Made by a program: the position numbers and the translations under genes. 64,000 nucleotides of DNA from an uncultured delta proteobacterium. GTDB lineage: Bacteria; Myxococcota_A; Polyangia; Fen-1088. The notes below the pieces were generated by a model. That model worked only from the letters and a program-made list of their open reading frames with translations. It searched no databases and was not told where the DNA came from. Position 1 is the first letter of the stretch. The number at the start of each line of letters is the position of its first letter. The stretch spans positions 1 to 64,000 of the forward strand of contig CAVTRY010000018.1 in NCBI GenBank assembly GCA_963737265.1, given 5' to 3'. Positions 55,057-64,000 of this stretch are shown piece by piece.

Positions 55057-55893
55057 ATGACTAGAGCGCTTACAGGTACTGCCCTTGCCCTATTTCTCGT
55101 GGCCTGCGGCAGCAGTGGCAGCAGCACAAGCAACGGCAAGGACGGCGGCGGCACGAGCAGAATGGATGGCGACAGCACGAGCAGCATAGACAGCACCACC
55201 GACACGATCGACAGCGCCACCAGCAGCATCGACGGCGCCACCGGCAGCATCGACAGCGCCACCGGCAGCATCGACAGCGCCACCGGCAGTATCGACGGCG
55301 CCACCGGCAGCATCGACGGCGCCACCGGCAGCATCGACAGCGCCACGGGTGGCATCGACAGCGCGAGCAGCATCGACAGCGCCATGAGCAGCATCGACAG
55401 CGGCGTCGGCAGCACCGACAGCGCCATCGGCAGCACCGACAGCGCCAACGGCAGCACCGACAGCGGCAGCACGCTACTCGGAGGCTGCCCTGACCTCTCT
55501 GGCGTGTACAATGTAACAACGGAGATTGTAAGCACGACCTGCCCCCTGGGATTGCACGTCATCACGCAGCCAATAACCTGGACGTTCGTACAGACTGCAC
55601 CGAGCTGTAATTTCACCATGACCAATTCCCTGTACCCAACCTCGCTTTATGCGGGACAATTCAGCATGGTCGGGACCCAGGCTAGGGTGACTTGGACCTC
55701 GGCGACCCCTGCTCCCATCGTTAGCGGCTACGCCCTGACGTACACGGCAGAGAGTCTCACGATCACGCGCGCGGTGGCGCCAGCGACGGCGACGCTTTCA
55801 GGCAGCTTTGATTGGAACAGTGCCTATCCTTGCTCCGGCACTACGAACGTCTGCAGCGGCAGCGTTGCCTCGGGTTGCCTCACGCCCAACTAG
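55057..55893 (+). CDS. Lipoprotein with 7-aa tandem repeats and a Cys-containing beta-rich C-terminal domain
   Basis: LVAC lipobox, (SIDSATG)n, six downstream Cys. AAGGA RBS. Confidence 0.75.
   Translation: MTRALTGTALALFLVACGSSGSSTSNGKDGGGTSRMDGDSTSSIDSTTDTIDSATSSIDGATGSIDSATGSIDSATGSIDGATGSIDGATGSIDSATGGIDSASSIDSAMSSIDSGVGSTDSAIGSTDSANGSTDSGSTLLGGCPDLSGVYNVTTEIVSTTCPLGLHVITQPITWTFVQTAPSCNFTMTNSLYPTSLYAGQFSMVGTQARVTWTSATPAPIVSGYALTYTAESLTITRAVAPATATLSGSFDWNSAYPCSGTTNVCSGSVASGCLTPN
55183..55470 (+). repeat. Coding 21-bp tandem repeat, about 14 degenerate units
   Basis: Consensus AGCATCGACAGCGCCACCGGC. One internal unit is shortened to 18 bp. Confidence 0.9.
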
Positions 55894-55988
55894 CGCTATC
55901 TCGGCTGGCGGTAGCACGAGCGGCCAGGCTGGCGCGAGGGTGCCCGTGGCCGATGACTCCACTTGGACCTTGCTCTACGACTGCGTGG

Positions 55989-57698
55989 CTACCTCGCCGC
56001 CGCGTCGATCATGCGCACCAGGGCGTCGTGGTAGGCCGTGAATGGGCACGGCTCCTCGACTATCTTGCCCGCGCTGTCGTCACGGTTGGGTTCGCGCAGG
56101 AAAAGTGGCACGAATCGATCGTAGCCGTAAGGGCTGCCGTGGCTGGTGCCGCCCTGCTTGACTAGGCCGGTGTCGAAAAACGAGCCCGGGGCCAGAACGA
56201 CGAAGTAGTCGCCACCAATGCCCGGATGGATCGACCGGCACACCAGCGCCTCGATGGAGACTTCCTGGCTCTCCGGGCAAACGGCCGGAAAGGTGGCGAC
56301 GTCGAGCGCCTTTTCCACGCCGGGAATTTGCCTCGCGAGCGCGCGTTCGAGCGCGCGCCCGAAGCGCGTTCGCAGCCTCGCGTCGAGTGAACGTCCGGTC
56401 GGGCTCAAATACACATAGGGATCGACGACTCCAGCGACGGCCTTGTCATCCATGAGGACGCTCTTGGCCACGGCCCGCGCGACCTCCGCGACTTTTTCCG
56501 GGAAGATGCGATGGCCAGGGCCGCAGGGCTTCTTCGCCGCCAGCGCGTCCTTGCCGCAGGCCGGGCGCTCTTGCTCGGGCAGCGGGGCGATGCCGTGATC
56601 GCCGGTGAGCGCGATCGACCAACTGGTGGGACCGAAGCGACGATCGAGCTCGCCGAAGAACCAGGCGAGCGCGGCATCGAGGCGCAGCAGCTCGTCCCAG
56701 GCCTCCCAGGAATCCGGACCAAAAACATGGCCGATGTAATCGTTGGCGGAAAGCGAGAGCGCGAGAAATGTCGGACGCCCTCGGGCTTCGTCGTCAAGAA
56801 GCTTGAGCGCGATTTGCAAGAGCAAGCGATCCGAGCGCGGTTCGGTCCGGAACGCGCCACCGGGCTTCCGCGACTTGCTCGCCAGGTGCGGAAATTCGGT
56901 GCCGAATCCGTCTAAATCGCCTTCCCCCGGACCTGCGTCGGACTGCGCGTGCCGCTTGAGCCAAGCCTCGTCGAGCGGTTGCCAAGGCTCGGCTTCGAGG
57001 GCGGCGATCGCCGCGGGCTCGATGAGCGGCCCGAGCGACGGCGGAACGCCCGTGCCCAAGCCCTCCGACGCGACGAACGTCCCAAGGTCCGGGTCGAACC
57101 ACAGTGCGACGTCGGGCGACCTGCCCGCGCCGAACGCGGCGCCGCGGTCCTTGAGCGACAGCGCCGCGACGAACCCGGCCTGTCCGTGGCGGGCGCGGAA
57201 ATAGTCGGCAAGGACGGGCGGAAAACCCTCTGGCAGCGAGATGCCCACCCCCTTGCCGGCCGGACCCTCGACGGTCAAGCGCTTCTTCTTTGCGTCGAGA
57301 AGGATGCTTTGCGATCTTCCCTCCGGCCCCCACACCTCGTTGGCGACGATGCCGTGCTGGCGCGGAACCAGGCCGGTGAAAAGGGATGCGTGGCCAGGCG
57401 CGGTCTCGGTGATGGCGTGGGCGAATGCCATTTCTTGGAAGTAGGTTCCTTCGCGTCGCAGGCGCGCGAACCCACCAGAAGCCGGCAGCGTTGCCAGACG
57501 CTCGCGGGCGACCCAGGCGCCCAGTTGGTCGATGACCAGCGCGAGGACGAGCGGAGCGCGTGGCTGGTTCGCAACCGGCCGTTCAATTTCCGCACGCGGG
57601 GAAGTGACCTGCGCCGAATTCCGCGCCGACGCCTGGGTGGCGGTCGCCCCGCAGCTCGCGGTGAGGAGCAGCCATGCGGCCATCGGTCGCGGTTTCAT
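55989..57698 (-). CDS. Alkaline phosphatase/phosphodiesterase family (PafA-like) lipoprotein
   Basis: VIDQL, TETAPGHA, SLKDR, DYIGHVFGPDS, TGDHG, TSHGSPY. Confidence 0.88.
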   Translation of the reverse strand: MKPRPMAAWLLLTASCGATATQASARNSAQVTSPRAEIERPVANQPRAPLVLALVIDQLGAWVARERLATLPASGGFARLRREGTYFQEMAFAHAITETAPGHASLFTGLVPRQHGIVANEVWGPEGRSQSILLDAKKKRLTVEGPAGKGVGISLPEGFPPVLADYFRARHGQAGFVAALSLKDRGAAFGAGRSPDVALWFDPDLGTFVASEGLGTGVPPSLGPLIEPAAIAALEAEPWQPLDEAWLKRHAQSDAGPGEGDLDGFGTEFPHLASKSRKPGGAFRTEPRSDRLLLQIALKLLDDEARGRPTFLALSLSANDYIGHVFGPDSWEAWDELLRLDAALAWFFGELDRRFGPTSWSIALTGDHGIAPLPEQERPACGKDALAAKKPCGPGHRIFPEKVAEVARAVAKSVLMDDKAVAGVVDPYVYLSPTGRSLDARLRTRFGRALERALARQIPGVEKALDVATFPAVCPESQEVSIEALVCRSIHPGIGGDYFVVLAPGSFFDTGLVKQGGTSHGSPYGYDRFVPLFLREPNRDDSAGKIVEEPCPFTAYHDALVRMIDAAAR

Positions 57699-57907
57699 TC
57701 GGCTATTGTAGGCGCGCCGGGACGCGGGGTGCACCATCGGAATGCGCAAGTCGCGAATTTGTCGCGCGACTGACACCATTTCCGCTTTCCGGGGGATCTG
57801 AAGCATGTAGGGAATGCGACCGCGGCGCTACAAAGAGACGGCGATCACGCCTCTATCGCCCGAAGACCTATTCCCTTAGTATGTCGCGCGCGATGCAGGC
57901 AATTTCG

Positions 57908-59758
57908 ATGACAAACAACGCTCGTTCTTCCAAAGCTCCGGCTACGATCTTCCTCGTCGTGCTTTTCGCGGCGATCTCATTCGGCGGCATCGGTTGTCTC
58001 AACATGCAGACACGTTCGGAGGAGCCGCTCGTTCCGGCCGCCACGCGCGCAGCGGGGGTGCCGGCTCCCGATATCGAACAGCTGCTCGGCCAGATGACCC
58101 TGGAGGAGAAGGTTGGCCAGATGGCCCAGGCATCGCGCGTCGCGCTTCAAGGCGCCGAAGTGCGCCAGGTGTATTTGGGATCGGTGCTGAACGGCGCCCA
58201 GGATTTGGTCAATCCCAACACGGCCGAAGCTTGGGCGGACGCCATCGATCGCCTACAGATGCAGGCCTTGGGAACGCGACTGGGGATTCCGCTCATCTAC
58301 GGCGTGGATGCCGTGCACGGCCACGGCGAGCTGAAGGGCGCGGTGGTTTTTCCGCACAATATCGGTCTCGGGGCCACGCGCAATCCGGACATCGCCGAGA
58401 AGGCCGGCAAGATCACGGCCGAGGAAGTGGCGGCCACAGGAATTCGTTGGACCTTCGCCCCGTGCATCGCTGTGCCCCGCGACGAGCGCTGGGGGCGCAC
58501 GTATGAAGGGTTCGGTGAAACGCCAGAGCTGGCCAGCATGTTCGCGCCGGCGGTCGTGCGTGGCCTGCAGGGGGAAAGGCTGGGCGCGCCGGAATCGGTC
58601 GTGGCGTGCGCCAAGCACTTCGTCGCCGACGGTGGGACGCAAAATGGCGTGAACGAAGGCGACGCGCGCATTTCCGAGCAGGAGTTGCGCGCGATTCACT
58701 TGCCGGGCTACGCGGCCGCGGTCAAGGCGGGCGTGGGCAGCATCATGGCCTCGTTCAGCAGTTGGAACGGCCAGCGCATGCACGGCCAGAAGTACCTCAT
58801 CACCGACGTGCTCAAGGGCGAGCTCGGCTTCCAAGGATTCGTGGTGTCCGACTGGGAAGCCATCAAAACGATGGGGACCAGCTACAAGGAAAATGTCGCG
58901 AATGCCATCAACGCCGGCGTCGACATGGCCATGGAGCCAAACGACTTTCGTCAGTTCATTCGCACCGTGAAATCGCTGGTGAGCTCCAATCGCATTCCCA
59001 TGTCCCGCATCGACGATGCGGTTCGCCGCATCCTGCGCGTCAAGGCGGCCGCCGGGCTATGGGAGCACCCGATGACCAACCGCCACCTGGCGACGCAGAT
59101 CGGATCGGCGGAACACCGGGCCGCGGCGCGCGAGGCGGTCCGGCAGAGCCTGGTGCTGCTCAAGAACGACAAGCAGGTGCTGCCGCTGAAAAAGTCGGCG
59201 AGCGTGCACGTGGCGGGCGCCAAGGCCAACGATATGGGCGCGCAATGCGGTGGCTGGACGGTGGGCTGGCAGGGCAGCCTTGGGCCCGTGACACCCGGAA
59301 CGACCATTCTACGTGCCATCGAGCGCGCGGTCGCGCCCCACACGCGGGTGACCTCGTCTCGCGACGGTAGCGGGGCCGGGCAGGGCGATGCAGTGGTCGT
59401 TGTGGTTGGTGAAACCCCGTACGCCGAAAGCAATGGGGATCGAAAGGAGCTCGCGCTGTCGTCCGCCGATCGCGCCGTCATTGCGAACGCGCGCAAGTCG
59501 GGCAAGCCGGTCGTCACCGTTCTGTTCACCGGCCGGCCCATCATCGTCGAGGACTGGCTGCCGCTGACCGATGCGTTGGTCGTGGCTTGGCTGCCGGGCA
59601 CCGAGGGGGCTGGCGTGGCGGATGTTCTCTTCGGCGACTACAAGCCAACCGGCAAGCTGCCGCACACATGGCCCCGCTCGATGCAGCAGATCCCCATCAA
59701 CTTCGGCGATGCGAAATACGATCCGCTGTTTCCGTACGGGTTCGGATTGAGCTACTAG
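57908..59758 (+). CDS. GH3 beta-glucosidase/exo-glucanase
   Basis: MTLEEKVGQ, DAVHG, RWGRTYE, AKHF, VSDW, WLPGTEG, PYGFGLSY. Start uncertain. Confidence 0.92.
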   Translation: MTNNARSSKAPATIFLVVLFAAISFGGIGCLNMQTRSEEPLVPAATRAAGVPAPDIEQLLGQMTLEEKVGQMAQASRVALQGAEVRQVYLGSVLNGAQDLVNPNTAEAWADAIDRLQMQALGTRLGIPLIYGVDAVHGHGELKGAVVFPHNIGLGATRNPDIAEKAGKITAEEVAATGIRWTFAPCIAVPRDERWGRTYEGFGETPELASMFAPAVVRGLQGERLGAPESVVACAKHFVADGGTQNGVNEGDARISEQELRAIHLPGYAAAVKAGVGSIMASFSSWNGQRMHGQKYLITDVLKGELGFQGFVVSDWEAIKTMGTSYKENVANAINAGVDMAMEPNDFRQFIRTVKSLVSSNRIPMSRIDDAVRRILRVKAAAGLWEHPMTNRHLATQIGSAEHRAAAREAVRQSLVLLKNDKQVLPLKKSASVHVAGAKANDMGAQCGGWTVGWQGSLGPVTPGTTILRAIERAVAPHTRVTSSRDGSGAGQGDAVVVVVGETPYAESNGDRKELALSSADRAVIANARKSGKPVVTVLFTGRPIIVEDWLPLTDALVVAWLPGTEGAGVADVLFGDYKPTGKLPHTWPRSMQQIPINFGDAKYDPLFPYGFGLSY

Positions 59759-59791
59759 CGGCTACCTGAACATTCGGATAGTCTCGGCGGA

Positions 59792-61264
59792 ATGTCGGGA
59801 CTCGAAATGGTCGTCGTCGCTGTGGTCGCCTTGGCGCTGGGCGCGGTCGTGGCTTGGACCTGGTCCGCGGCGCGCGAACGAAGGCGTGGCGAGGGAAAGG
59901 TACGCGAGGTGGAAGCCCGCCTGCGCGAGAGCGAGGCCAGGATGCTCCATGCCGACGGCGGGGCGCGGGCCGCGCAGGCCACGGCCGAGGAGTTGCGGCG
60001 CACGCTCGGCGTGGCCGAGGACCGCGCGCAACGGCTCGGCGACGAGCTTGGCGAGACGCACAAGGCGCGGGCCATCGCTGAAACCCGATGCGCGGAGTTG
60101 CGCCGCAATCTCGACGAGCAGAAGGACCTGCTGGGTAGCGCCCAGGAAAAGCTGGGCGACGCATTCCGCGCGCTGGCCGCGAAGGCGCTGGCGGCGAACA
60201 ACGAGGGCTTTCTGACCTTGGCGGCCGAGAAGCTTACCGCGGCTCGCAAGGAAGCCGACACCGCACTCGAGGCGCGCCAAGTCGCCATCGACGGCCTGCT
60301 CAAACCGGTCAAGGAATCGCTGGAGCGCGTGGATGCGAAGATCCAGGACATGGAGAAGGAGCGCGGACAGGCCTACGGCCGTTTGACCGAGCTCGTGCGC
60401 AGTCTTACCGAAACGCAGAGCAAGCTCTCGACGGAAACCGGCAATCTTGTGCGCGCGTTGCGGGCACCGGCGGTGCGTGGGCGCTGGGGCGAAATCCAGC
60501 TTCGCCGCGTGGTCGAGCTTGCCGGTATGGTCGAGCACTGCGACTTTTTTCAGCAGGAAACCCTCGACGGCGAGGACGGCCGCTTGCGTCCGGACATGAT
60601 CGTGCGGCTGCCGGGCGGGCGCAACGTGGTCGTCGACGCCAAGGTGCCGCTCGAGGCGTACCTCGATGCGCTCGATGCCACCACGGAGGATGCGCGCGTT
60701 CTGCACATGGGTCGGCACGCCACGCAGATTCGCAACCACGTGCTCAAGCTCTCGGCCAAGAATTATTGGTCCGAGCTGCCGTGCACGCCGGAGTTTGTCG
60801 TGATGTTTCTGCCGAGCGAGGCGATGTACAGCGCAGCCTTGCAGGAAATGCCGTCGCTGCTCGAGGAAGGTGTCGGCAAGCGCGTGCTCATCGCCACGCC
60901 CACGACGCTCATCGCGCTGCTGCAGGCGGTGCACTTCGGCTGGCGCCAGGAATTGCTGGCGGAAAACGCGCAGGCCATCAGCAACCAAGGGCGCGTTCTG
61001 CACGAACGCATGTCCACCATGGTCGAGCACTGGAGCAAGGTCGGCGCGGCGCTCGAACGCGCAACGGAGAACTTCAACAGCGCCGTGGCGTCGTTCGAAG
61101 GGCGCGTGCGCCCGGCCGTGCGTAAGCTGGAAGAATTGGGCGCCGCGGGAAAAAAACAAATCGACGAGGTCAGCCCGGTCGAGTCTCGGCCGCGTGTGCT
61201 GGTCGCCGATGAAGACGGCAAGCGCGGGCTTAGCGCCGAACCTCGGGATCCGCCGTCAATCTAG
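59792..61264 (+). CDS. rmuC: DNA recombination protein RmuC
   Basis: RGRWGEIQL, RPDMIVRLP, VDAKVP, FVVMFLP, ATPTTLIALL. Confidence 0.93.
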   Translation: MSGLEMVVVAVVALALGAVVAWTWSAARERRRGEGKVREVEARLRESEARMLHADGGARAAQATAEELRRTLGVAEDRAQRLGDELGETHKARAIAETRCAELRRNLDEQKDLLGSAQEKLGDAFRALAAKALAANNEGFLTLAAEKLTAARKEADTALEARQVAIDGLLKPVKESLERVDAKIQDMEKERGQAYGRLTELVRSLTETQSKLSTETGNLVRALRAPAVRGRWGEIQLRRVVELAGMVEHCDFFQQETLDGEDGRLRPDMIVRLPGGRNVVVDAKVPLEAYLDALDATTEDARVLHMGRHATQIRNHVLKLSAKNYWSELPCTPEFVVMFLPSEAMYSAALQEMPSLLEEGVGKRVLIATPTTLIALLQAVHFGWRQELLAENAQAISNQGRVLHERMSTMVEHWSKVGAALERATENFNSAVASFEGRVRPAVRKLEELGAAGKKQIDEVSPVESRPRVLVADEDGKRGLSAEPRDPPSI

Positions 61265-61272
61265 ACCGGCTG

Positions 61273-61713
61273 CTAGCGCCGGGCCAAGCCCTGGGCGGTC
61301 CAGACAACGTATTCACCTGGCCGGAAGGGCAACTGGTCCTGGTAGACGAAGTTCTGCAAGCTGCCGTCGTCGAAGCGGACGAAGACCTCGAAGGTACGGC
61401 CGACGTAGCCGCCGCGGCTGGCATCCGCGCCGATCATCGCGCCCTCCGCGGCGCCGAAGAAGGTTCCGAAGCCGCGACCGCCAAGAGCGGTACCGAGGAC
61501 GCCGCCGATGACAGCGCCGGCCACGGCCCCGCTTCCCGGGTCGCCCTGCTGGTGTTGAACGGATTCGCGAATGGATTCAACTCGCCCGTAGCGCGCCCAA
61601 TTGCCCTGAGCGTTAGGAGGGCCCCACGTCGCGGTCGATGCCGTGGTCGTGGCGCATGCCGGAGCCAGCAGCGCGAAGACAAGGACTGGAAACAGAGCAA
61701 CGTTTGGTTTCAT
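61273..61713 (-). CDS. Glycine-zipper lipoprotein (SlyB-like)
   Basis: APAC lipobox, GAVAGAVIGGVLG, VRFDDG, FRPGE. Confidence 0.8.
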   Translation of the reverse strand: MKPNVALFPVLVFALLAPACATTTASTATWGPPNAQGNWARYGRVESIRESVQHQQGDPGSGAVAGAVIGGVLGTALGGRGFGTFFGAAEGAMIGADASRGGYVGRTFEVFVRFDDGSLQNFVYQDQLPFRPGEYVVWTAQGLARR

Positions 61714-61959
61714 GGGCCACCTTCGCATTCCAATCATGGCGTTGCATTTCGTGTGCCCGCCAGCGATTTCATACCGAAGCAGCGCAGACAGGCGCGCCCG
61801 CCTCGTGTGCCACGTCGCGCGTGTGCCGCGGGTTCACTCTGTGCGGAGGCCGCAACATGAGAGGGAATTGCGAACAGCAGCGTCGGCGTCCCGCATGATT
61901 TGGACGCGAAACCACATCGTCCTAGCAAGGGAGAGGCCGAGACGGGTAGACTGCCGCGC

Positions 61960-63429
61960 ATGGATTTAGGTTCCCATCACCGGGCTGACTTGCAACGGGT
62001 CGCGCGCCAAGCGCTGCGCGACCGTGGTCTGCTGCCCGATTTCGACAGCGGCGTCGTTCGCCAGCTTGGCGACATTCATGGACCCGCGACGGAAAGCGGG
62101 GGCGACATTCGCGATCTGCGCGGTTTGCTCTGGTGTTCGATCGATAACGACGACTCGAAAGACCTGGACCAGCTTTCGGTGGCGCAAGACCTGGGCGGAG
62201 GCGACGTCAGGATCCTCGTGGCCATCGCCGATGTCGACGTCTTGGCCGCCCGGGGAACGCCCATCGACGCGCACGCGGGCCAGAACTCGGCCTCGGTGTA
62301 CGTCGCCGGCCACGTGTATCCGATGCTGCCGGAAATGCTGTCCACCGATTTCACGTCGCTCGGTCCAGATGTCGATCGGCTGAGCCTGGTTGTCGAGTAC
62401 GTCGTACGCAAGGAGGGGACCCTGGGCGAGAGCGCGGTCGTGCGCGCGATCGTGCGCAATCGAGCCAAGCTCGCCTACAATGCCGTCGCCGCATGGCTCG
62501 ACGGTCAAGGGGCGCTGCCCGATGCCGCGGCGGCTGTGCAGGGAATGGACAACCAGCTTCGCACGCAGGACGAAGTGGCGGCGCGGCTGCGCCGTCTGCG
62601 TCACCAAAAGGGTGCGCTCGATTTGGAATCGCTGGAAGCGCGGCCGATTTTTCACGGAGACACCGTGGTGGGCTTGCACGCGGAGCTGCCCAACCGAGCC
62701 AAGTGGTTGATCGAGGAATTCATGATCGCGGCCAACGGCGTGGTGGCGCGCTTTCTCGAAGCCAAGTCCCGTCCGTCCTTGCGTCGCGTGGTCCGCTCGC
62801 CCGAACGTTGGGCCAAGATCGCCGAGGTTGCCGCCCATCTGGGCGAGTCGCTGCCAGGGCAACCTTCGGCGCGTGCCCTCGAGGCGTTCTTGGTGCGACG
62901 GCGGGCGGCGGATCCGCTGCGTTTCCCCGACCTGTCGCTGGTCATCGTCAAGCTGATGGGCGCGGGCGAGTACGTCGCCGAGCTGCCGGGTGCGACGCCC
63001 ATCGGACACTTCGGGCTGTCCGTCAAGGACTACGCCCACGCGACGGCGCCCAATCGTCGTTTCCCCGATCTCGTCACGCAGCGCCTGCTCAAGGCTGCGC
63101 TTGAGGACCATCCGTCGCCGTACGGCATCGCGGAGCTCGGCGCGATTGCCCAGCACTGCACGTTGCAAGAGGGGAACATCGCCAAGGTTGAGCGCCAGGT
63201 AAACAAGTCCGCGGCGGTGCTGCTGCTGGAAGAACGGGTGGGCGAGAGCTTCGACGGCATCGTCACGGGCGCGGCGGACAAGGGCACCTGGGTCCGCGTC
63301 TTCGATCCGCCGGTGGAAGGCCGTATCATGCGCGGCCTAACGGGGCTGCGCGTGGGCGATAAGGTTCGCGTGACCTTGGTAGCGACGGACTTCGAGCGCG
63401 GACACCTCGACTTCGCTCGAACGCAGTGA
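61960..63429 (+). CDS. RNB-domain exoribonuclease (RNase II/R family)
   Basis: SIDNDDSKDLDQ, AIADV, IEEFMIAAN, HFGL, TAPNRRFPDL, C-terminal S1 domain. Confidence 0.92.
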   Translation: MDLGSHHRADLQRVARQALRDRGLLPDFDSGVVRQLGDIHGPATESGGDIRDLRGLLWCSIDNDDSKDLDQLSVAQDLGGGDVRILVAIADVDVLAARGTPIDAHAGQNSASVYVAGHVYPMLPEMLSTDFTSLGPDVDRLSLVVEYVVRKEGTLGESAVVRAIVRNRAKLAYNAVAAWLDGQGALPDAAAAVQGMDNQLRTQDEVAARLRRLRHQKGALDLESLEARPIFHGDTVVGLHAELPNRAKWLIEEFMIAANGVVARFLEAKSRPSLRRVVRSPERWAKIAEVAAHLGESLPGQPSARALEAFLVRRRAADPLRFPDLSLVIVKLMGAGEYVAELPGATPIGHFGLSVKDYAHATAPNRRFPDLVTQRLLKAALEDHPSPYGIAELGAIAQHCTLQEGNIAKVERQVNKSAAVLLLEERVGESFDGIVTGAADKGTWVRVFDPPVEGRIMRGLTGLRVGDKVRVTLVATDFERGHLDFARTQ

Positions 63430-63448
63430 GGCGAATGACTGGAGCCCC

Positions 63449-64000
63449 CTACGCGAAGCGCGCCACGCTCGATACCATGTGGCCGGTCTTCCAAATATCT
63501 TCGATCATCGCTTGCTTTTCTTGGTCCAGGCGCACGACGGCGATGCGTTGCTTGTCTTGTTCGAAGGCTGTCACGCTGACCACGCGCACGGAATGCTTCT
63601 TGGCGAGATTCGTGACGAAGGCGAAAACATCTTCGTCGTCGTTCACGTCGAACGAGATGCGCACCCCTGGCGAACCAGCGCCGAGCGCCGCCAACAGCGC
63701 GCGTGAAATATCGGAACCGGTGATGATGCCCGACAGCCGGGCACCGGACACGACAGGGAGCGCGTTCAATCGTTTTTCGACGAGAAGGCGGGCCGCGCCT
63801 TCGATGGGCTCGTCGGGTACGACTGTGATCGGCGTGCTGGTCATGATTTGACGAATAGGTCGCGCCAGCTCTTCCGCGACGGCGCCCATCAGCGAAAAAG
63901 GATTGAGATCCGGTGGACAGGCGCGCAGCAGGTCGCTCTTGGTCACCAGCCCGACCAATCTGTCATCCTCGACGACCGGCACCTGGCGGATGCGCCGGTG
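63449..64000 (-). CDS. CBS-pair plus ACT-like domain protein (AcuB-like), start beyond the window
   Basis: IRQVPVV...LVGLVTKSDL, LNALPVV...GIITGSDI. Confidence 0.85.
   Translation of the reverse strand, partial: HRRIRQVPVVEDDRLVGLVTKSDLLRACPPDLNPFSLMGAVAEELARPIRQIMTSTPITVVPDEPIEGAARLLVEKRLNALPVVSGARLSGIITGSDISRALLAALGAGSPGVRISFDVNDDEDVFAFVTNLAKKHSVRVVSVTAFEQDKQRIAVVRLDQEKQAMIEDIWKTGHMVSSVARFA

Noticed and set aside
55183-55470. Possible CRISPR array
   Set aside because: Units are head-to-tail with no unique spacers, keep frame inside a lipoprotein, and no cas genes are present.
54843-55625. Minus-strand ORFs with (VALSMLP)n and (CRCCRWR)n repeats
   Set aside because: Antisense shadows of the tandem repeat. 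The plus-strand frame has an RBS and a lipobox.

Overview
The window is not one continuous genome. (A) 1-~697 is a minus-strand fragment of an actinobacterial RepSA-type replication initiator that the ORF track misses. (B) ~698-~13238 is very GC-rich, frameshift-ridden and actinobacterial-looking (probably Acidimicrobiia-like). It carries an ABC3 exporter, an amidohydrolase, a Liv-type ABC system with an apparent MFS-ATPase-ATPase fusion and a truncated GH29 fucosidase. (C) ~13239-64000 is a mostly clean, probably Myxococcota-like chromosome segment. It holds parE/gyrB-like, metF, clpX, dsbD, a RibD/glycosyltransferase/dehydrogenase/PTPS cluster, ygiQ, an RND pump, a collapsed type I R-M/integrase island at tRNA-Val(TAC), an Hsp70-J-kinase-TPR operon, leuA/LysR, a sigma54 two-component system, exbBD, thyA-folA, GH3, rmuC and RNase II. 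The best candidate for an undescribed system is a 579-bp element at 54312-54890. It has 23-bp terminal inverted repeats, a perfect 9-bp flanking direct repeat (GATGTCGAC) and an inner 25-bp inverted-repeat pair. Its only cargo is a GxxExxY PD-(D/E)XK nuclease-family gene, with no transposase. Taxonomic and family calls come from motif recognition by eye, not from database searches.
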